Positions 57,343 through 64,000 of a stretch of 64,000 bases of DNA are shown here, piece by piece. This stretch comes from Eledone cirrhosa. Its lineage: Eukaryota. Within the stretch, counting starts at the first letter, position 1, and each line of letters opens with the position of its first letter. Where the stretch lies: NCBI GenBank assembly GCA_964016885.1, contig OZ024740.1:273668001-273732000 (forward strand). The letters are read 5' to 3'. The translations under genes and the position numbers were made by a program. A model generated the notes under the pieces. It was not told the DNA's origin. It did not search any database and saw only the letters and a list, made by a program, of their open reading frames with translations.

Positions 57343-57476
57343 AATCTATCTATATATCAATCTACTCTTCTATCTGTATGTCTATCTTTTTTTATCTCTC
57401 TTTTGTCAATCTCTCTCCCCTTTTCGGCCCCTCTGACTCTCTCTTTCTATCTATCTCTCTCTCCCTCTCTCTCTCG

Positions 57477-57535
<59 letters not shown>

Positions 57536-57874
57536 TATATATATATATATATATATATGTGTACATAAATAAGTGTGTGTGTATGTGTGTGTCTTTGTGC
57601 GTCTGTGTAGTTGTGTGTCCGTAGGAGTGTGTATTACCTTGGTCTATCACTCTTTGTGTTATGTTTTACTTGAGTTTTTACGTTAGTTTTCTTGTTTTCA
57701 TTGACAAAGATTTCCGTTCAGATTTTCTTTAAATTTGACCCAGCCTAGGTTTGGTGTTACATTGAAAGAATATATGAATGAATGCAGTGTACAGATATTT
57801 ATCTAAAAAACGGAGGCCATTCTTTACCGCCTTGAGATAACTTTCAAGTCGAAACTGTTCAGTATTCAATACAC

Positions 57875-57961
<87 letters not shown>

Positions 57962-58269
57962 TATATATATGGTGGGTATATACATATGTATATATCCGTA
58001 TAAACATAGAAAAAGAGCTAGACATATAAAGAGTGTATTGGAGAAGTGAAAGGGGCAGAGAAGCCAAAAATTCATGGGAATGTTTTACCTTAAAGCAACG
58101 GTATAGCATATAAATGTCAAGTATTAGCTTTGTGGTTTAGGAAAGGACTTGAATGTCAAGTACATAATTGTAGATAAACCCACCAAAGCCCTCCAGGCGT
58201 TGTCCGAGGAAAAAAATACATGAATGTATGCATGAATGTCTATAACTATACTATATATATACATATATA

Positions 58270-58363
<94 letters not shown>

Positions 58364-58751
58364 TACATATATAATGTATATATGTATATATATAAATACA
58401 CATATATATATATAGAGAGATATCTATATATATATACATACATACATTCATACATATATTCATATATATACATATATACACGCATCTACATATGTATGTA
58501 TATTTATGTGCGTGTGCAAAGTGAATTAGAAACATAGAATCTTGACTAAGTATACGTAATTTATGTGGGTTGTATTTGGTTGTATCAAAAACGTCATCTC
58601 AATATACACTTATTTTAAGAATGTATTGTGGCTAGGCTAATATATCTAGTTACCTATACAAACATACACTCGTGTACATCTACACACAAAGACATATAGC
58701 CTCATATACACGCACTCAAACACACACACTTACTTACACACACACAGACTC

Positions 58752-58911
<160 letters not shown>

Positions 58912-59541
58912 AAGACTAAGACGGTGGAGCGCTTGCCGGTTCCACAGCTAATTCCTGTCTGGTATTAGCTGCCAAGAGGGTAAGAGATCCATGATCGGAC
59001 TCCGGCGCATTCTAATATATTGACAAATTGTTATTCCATATATACAGGTGTGTGACAAAAGAACTCTGAGAAACAATAAAACAAATTTATTGCCGTCATA
59101 TATATAGAGAGTTATACTGTTGAAGGGTCATGCTACCAATACAAAACACGTACCTGTTGCGTTTCACTTCACTTGATTATAATAATTTCCCACTCGGTTA
59201 GTTTAATAACTGGAAGTTCGTTTAAATGTTGATTGTCAGCAAAGCCCTTACGCCTCACATTTTGTGACCTCCTAATTGACTACATTTGTTGTCAATGTGT
59301 GTCTTTCTTTGGTCTGTCCTTCGCCATCTTGTTTTGGGGAGGTAATAATATCAAAATTCGCACGTTTATTTCAACAATACACGAAATGGGAAGTCGATAC
59401 ACGCTATAACTTTCAATACGTGTAAACGAAATTTCATCGTTCTTATTAATATATACACTCTGCCTCTGCATCGAGTGCTTGTTTGATACCACCACAAATA
59501 ATTCACTGAATCACTTACACTATATATATATATACCACCAT

Positions 59542-59581
<40 letters not shown>

Positions 59582-59731
59582 AGATTTTGAGTTTATGTTG
59601 GTTGTATACCAACACCTCAGTATGCAGGCTGGAGCACTCGACGAAGTGCGCAGGTTGGTTTGGTTACTCCGGAGTAGTGTAAAATAAAGTTAAATAAAAA
59701 GTCAAATGATTAAAATTTAGCTTCGTTTATT

Positions 59732-59786
59732 ACTGCTATATTTATTTCAGTGACAGCCATCTTTGGCTGTGACCTCTTCAGGCAGT
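59732..59786 (-). ncRNA. Type I hammerhead ribozyme, complete
   Basis: actgc-CTGAAGA-ggtcacagcc-aaagat-ggctgtcact-GAAA-taaata-TA-gcagt. Confidence 0.85.
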
Positions 59787-59848
59787 TTGAATTAGTATGG
59801 TATAGACAAGTACATGTCTATGTACTTATCTATACCATACTAATTCAA

Positions 59849-59903
59849 ACTGCCTGAAGAGGTCACAGCCAAAGATGGCTATCACTGAAATAAATATAGC
59901 AGT
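59849..59903 (+). ncRNA. Type I hammerhead ribozyme, complete
   Basis: actgc-CTGAAGA(59854)-ggtcacagcc-aaagat-ggctatcact-GAAA(59887)-taaata-TA-gcagt. Confidence 0.83.
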
Positions 59904-59948
59904 AATAAACGAAGCTAAATTTTAATTATTTGACTTTTTATTTAACTT

Positions 59949-59986
<38 letters not shown>

Positions 59987-59988
<2 letters not shown>

Positions 59989-60181
59989 CAAAGGAAAGAA
60001 AAGTGGTCAGGAACCAGATAGAGTATAACGCACCAGAGGTACTCCATACTTAGGGTAGTAGAGTGGGAAATAGGAAAAAGTATGACCCCGACGGCAGAGC
60101 TCAAGCCGTTTCGACGGCTATTTCTGGACTAAATTATAATGTTTAGCCTGGTGAATAAATAGCCGAACTTGTCAAGGGGGT
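59987..60181 (-). mobile_element. pLTR family X copy 4 retaining the whole (degenerate) hammerhead
   Basis: Minus strand acccc-CTTGACAA-gttcggctattt...aaatagccgtc-GAAA-cggc..gccg-TC-ggggt (60085-60181). Confidence 0.75.
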
Positions 60182-61896
60182 ACAAATCATGCGTTCCATC
60201 CATCAGGGGTGCCCTCTCTCCTCGATTCTCCATTCTGTATATACTGACTCTCGAGCCATTAATGCGAAGGTTGGAGCTGTTGCAGGGCATCCCGATCGAA
60301 CCATGACTGAGGAAAGCAGCGTCGGCCTATGCCGACGACATAACCGTACTGGTGTCGAAAACCTCGGACATCGGGGTAATCGGCAACCTATTACAGAAAT
60401 ACGAAACGTTGACAGGAGAAAGACTAAACCCAAACAAGTCTGTCTGTTTACAACTCGGCACATGGAGGGGCAAACCCATGCCTTCCGACAGTGTCGTTGG
60501 ACGCTGGATGGAAGGACCGGTAAAATTGCTCGGGGGCTGAGTGCAAACTCTCCTTGAAAGGACGAGTTGAGGTGGCGAACACTTAGATAGAATCCGTCAT
60601 CTACTACCGCTTGATAGTCGTGCCTTGTCCCCGCGAATACCTTACCAAAATGGAACGCCTACTCTTCAAGTTCCTCTGGAAGTAACAGGCTCCATTGGTG
60701 AGGAGGTCCATCTGCTGTCAACGCCCTTCTAACGGAGGGCTGGGCATGCCGTGGCTGATGATGCGCAAACACGCGCTGAGGCTACGCTATCTCCAGGTGT
60801 TCCTGACCATCGAACCGGTGTGGCTGTTGTTTGTGAGATGAGCTCTTCCACAACTCGTTTCACTAACACAGCTGCAGTCCTGGGTCAAGCGAAGACCGAA
60901 AATGGGCGCCTTGCACCTCGAGTGCCTTCAGGCGCTCACAGCCCTCTACCAAGCGGAACCGGCAATCAGCGGAGACTCCACTTCGACATTCTATAGGGGA
61001 TTAGTGGAGGATAAGTGCGACGACGTTCTTGGGGAAACACTAGGCATCGAAGAAGACGAACTGACCAGTCTGTTCGGGAGGACTTTCCGTCCAGGGCCTA
61101 TGGATAACTTCCAGAGGTACCTGGCCTGGCAGTGCTACCGAGGAGCTCTACCAGTTCGAGACAAAATCTACAGGCACGGATGCTCTGGCAGAGATCCTGC
61201 CAAAAGGACCTGTCAAAGATGCGAGCAGGACATCGAAACCGTTCTGTACGCAATTGTTCAGTGCCCAGGGGTGACCGACCTGTGGAATTATGTCGAACAG
61301 CTACTGTCACGTGTCAGACGCATCCAGTTGTCAGCCGAGTCCCTCGCGAGGATCACCCCGCCTCCTTCATTTAAGAATGACGGAGAGGCGGTCTTCCTTT
61401 GTCTGGTGGCTATGGCGAAAGAGGTAATATCGTGGAAGAGGTTAAAAGGACTGAGGGCAAGCACCTTTCTCTCCGGACAACAATTCATCCACTTCTTTAA
61501 GTACAACTTCAGAAGGAAAGTGAGAGTGGAGAGAGAGGTGCTACACCCCAGTAAATTCGTCGAACGCTGGGTGAATGTGGCGAAAATGGCCCGGGTGAAT
61601 CGGCCTTCTCTGTATATCAACCTGTAGGTTGAGAAAGATAAACAGAGAGAAGACGGGAACACCTACAAAACGTGTTCCTGGTGTTGAGGGTTGTTCTATC
61701 CACGGGGTGTAAAACAACCCCGCAGTAGCGTTACCCAACCCCCCCAACCCCTAATGGGTTTTCAATTGTTTTATTTTTATATAGTTTATTGTTATTTATC
61801 ATTGTTCAAGATTGTATGTGAATCGCCCCCCCCCCCCCCCTCGTCACGTCTTGTAATGTCCCATTTTTGTACGCCCCTGTGGCAAATAAAGAAAGA
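60182..61896 (+). mobile_element. Tx1/L1-like LINE, 5'-truncated ORF2 (RT C-terminal half + zf-RVT)
   Basis: RSIHQGCPLS, SAYADDITVLV, TGERLNPNKS, GGLGMP, CYRGALPVRDK..CQRC..ETV..QCP; stop at 61627; 3' UTR with AATAAA at about 61885. Confidence 0.9.
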
Positions 61897-61941
61897 TATC
61901 TATTTATATAATTTTATATGTATATATATATATATATATAA

Positions 61942-62157
61942 GGGCGGTGGAATGACAGTATTGGTAGAGCGTCGGACAATATGCTTTGCAGCACAGAGTT
62001 ACGGCCCTTTACGATCTGAGTTCAAATCCCGCCGAGGTTAACTTTACCTTTCATCTTTACGGGGTAGATAAAATAAAGCACCAGTAACATACTTGGGTTG
62101 ATTTAATGGACTTTCCACTCCCCCAAATTTACTAGCCTTGTGCCTATACTAGAAATC
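61942..62157 (+). mobile_element. SINE family A, full length
   Basis: gggcggtggaatgacagtattggtagag..gagttcaaatccc..tagaaatc. Confidence 0.9.
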
Positions 62158-62204
62158 ATATATATATATATACACATATTTATGTATATATATATATATA
62201 TATG

Positions 62205-62641
62205 AAGGAACGATCGACTTTCGTCAAATCGGACCGAGGGAATAATGTTTCCGTTGGTCTTTCCAATTGCTAATACTATCTATCGGTCGCAACTCCAGGT
62301 AGAAGGAGCAACGTAAAATAAAGTGTCTTGCTCAAGGACATAACGCATCGCCAGGCTCCAGGAATCGAACTCACAACCTTACGATTGCGAATCCAATTCT
62401 CTAACCACTCAGCCACACGCCTATATATATATATATCGATCAACTTTCGTCAAATCGGACCGAGGAAACAATGTTTCCGTTGGTCTTTCCAGTTGCTAAT
62501 ACTATCTATCGGTCGCAACTCCAGGTAGAAGGAGCAACGTGAAATAAAGTGTCTTGCTCAAGGACATAACGCATCGCCCGGTCCAGGAATCGAACTCACA
62601 ACCTCAAGATTGTGAATCAAATTCTCTAACCACTCAGCCAC
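62205..62641 (-). mobile_element. Two tandem copies of SINE family B
   Basis: 62205-62416 and 62441-62641 are reverse complements of 28504-28713. Confidence 0.9.
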
Positions 62642-63680
62642 ATATACATATATATATGTGTGTGTGTGTATATGTGTGTGTGTGTATGTGTGTGTATGTG
62701 TGTGTGTTTGAATGCTGTTTATAATCTTGAAGATGTTCACTATAGTAGTGTATCATATTACGAGAATAATCGAGTTTAATGTGTTTTGTTGATCATTAAC
62801 TTTGAAATAATAATATGACGACCAATAAACGTACCCTTGCCAACAGGGAGATTAGTTTTGCAGAAACCTCTCTGAAGATCATTAAGTATGTATATGAAAT
62901 AATTGCATTTGGAAATTACATTTTTCCTAGGTTCTTTTTCTTTTTCTTCTTTGTGAGTGTGCGCGCGGGTGTGTGTGTGTGTTGTGCTTGTGTGTGTGTG
63001 TGTGTACGTGTGTATGTGTGTATGTGTGTGTGTGTGTTCTGTATGGACATTAGTAACTGAAAAGTATAAATATGGTAGACTTCTCAAAACATATATTCTT
63101 CAAAATGAAAATTTCTACTAAATTATTACAAACTATTATCATTACATAAAATTAAATTAATAAAACTTAAAAAAGAAAAATATTTTAAATTGGATTAGAC
63201 TTTTTAGTAGATATTTTTTCATATTTTCAAAGGATTTATATTTTTCTTTAAATAATAAAATATTCACTTTCTAATATGTCACATCATTCCTATATCTGTT
63301 GAAATTAAAAGAGTGAAGTTAGAAGGTAGTCAAGAATTATACATCGAATAATTAAAACAATAGGAGTTTTAAAAATATAATTAATTTATGAAAAAGTAAA
63401 AGTTCAAATCTGACGCATATTTTTTCAGTTTCATTTGTGAAGAAAATAATTAAAACAAAAGTACAACTAAAACACATTTTCATAGCTGTGAACACTAGTT
63501 ATGTTTTTCATAATACAATGAAAGAATTAAAAACAAAAAGAACAATCAAATCAAATAAGGTCAATGGGGCACTTTTATTTGTATTTATAATTTAATACAT
63601 ATAGACTGGGGAAAATATGTTGGACTAGAATATTATATTTAAAATGTTGATCATATGCATGTGTAGTAGGAAGGTAATAT

Positions 63681-63681
<1 letters not shown>

Positions 63682-63735
<54 letters not shown>
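63682..63735. repeat. (GAT)n microsatellite
   Basis: Directly visible. Confidence 0.95.
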
Positions 63736-63737
<2 letters not shown>

Positions 63738-64000
63738 GAGGGAGATGGGTATGTATGAGTTTAATGTTTATGAGCAAGATAGTTTAAACTAAGAACAATA
63801 GAGAGAAAATGATTTGTTTCTTTACTTTCTAAGGGGGTCTGAGTGAATGTGTTTTTGTGTATGTGGGTGTATAAATTTAAGTGATGAGACGGAATATCTA
63901 TGATTTTACTTCCATTATTACATGGTGTAATTAAATCTATCTTTATTATATGGTCTATGAAAAGCAGTGCAGCTTGTAAGGATAGCCATGTCAAGGTAGC

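Larger units (their letters stand above)
59580..59955. mobile_element. Fold-back pLTR insertion (about 135-bp near-perfect arms, 4-nt loop) in (TA)n
   Basis: 59680-59815 is nearly the reverse complement of 59820-59955; the left arm extends a further 100 bp or so. Confidence 0.9.

Noticed and set aside
59043-59515. Tc1-like relic (TACAGGTGTGTGACAAAA start; DRPKK peptide)
   Set aside because: No matching second TIR or catalytic motif was seen

Overview
AT-rich, microsatellite-saturated eukaryotic non-genic DNA. The repeat repertoire resembles a cephalopod (Octopus-like) genome, which is an inference. No intact host gene is supported, and most long ORFs in the track are translations of (TA)n/(CA)n repeats. 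Recognisable content: a Penelope-like retroelement (PLE; RT plus GIY-YIG, Naiad-like) with one premature stop, two mariner relics, two non-autonomous Helitrons, Tx1/L1-like, Dong/R4-like, RTE-like and CRE-like LINE fragments, and two tRNA-derived SINE families. The most striking signal is a dense set of roughly 20 complete, degenerate or half type I hammerhead ribozyme (HHR) motifs from several sequence families. They sit in short PLE-derived or retrozyme-like insertions inside (TA)n tracts. Many are asymmetric fold-back or 5'-inverted structures whose turning points fall in or next to the ribozyme. Examples are a 476-nt retrozyme-like unit and a palindrome carrying an intact HHR on each strand. 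All ribozyme calls were made by eye and need covariance-model and biochemical confirmation.
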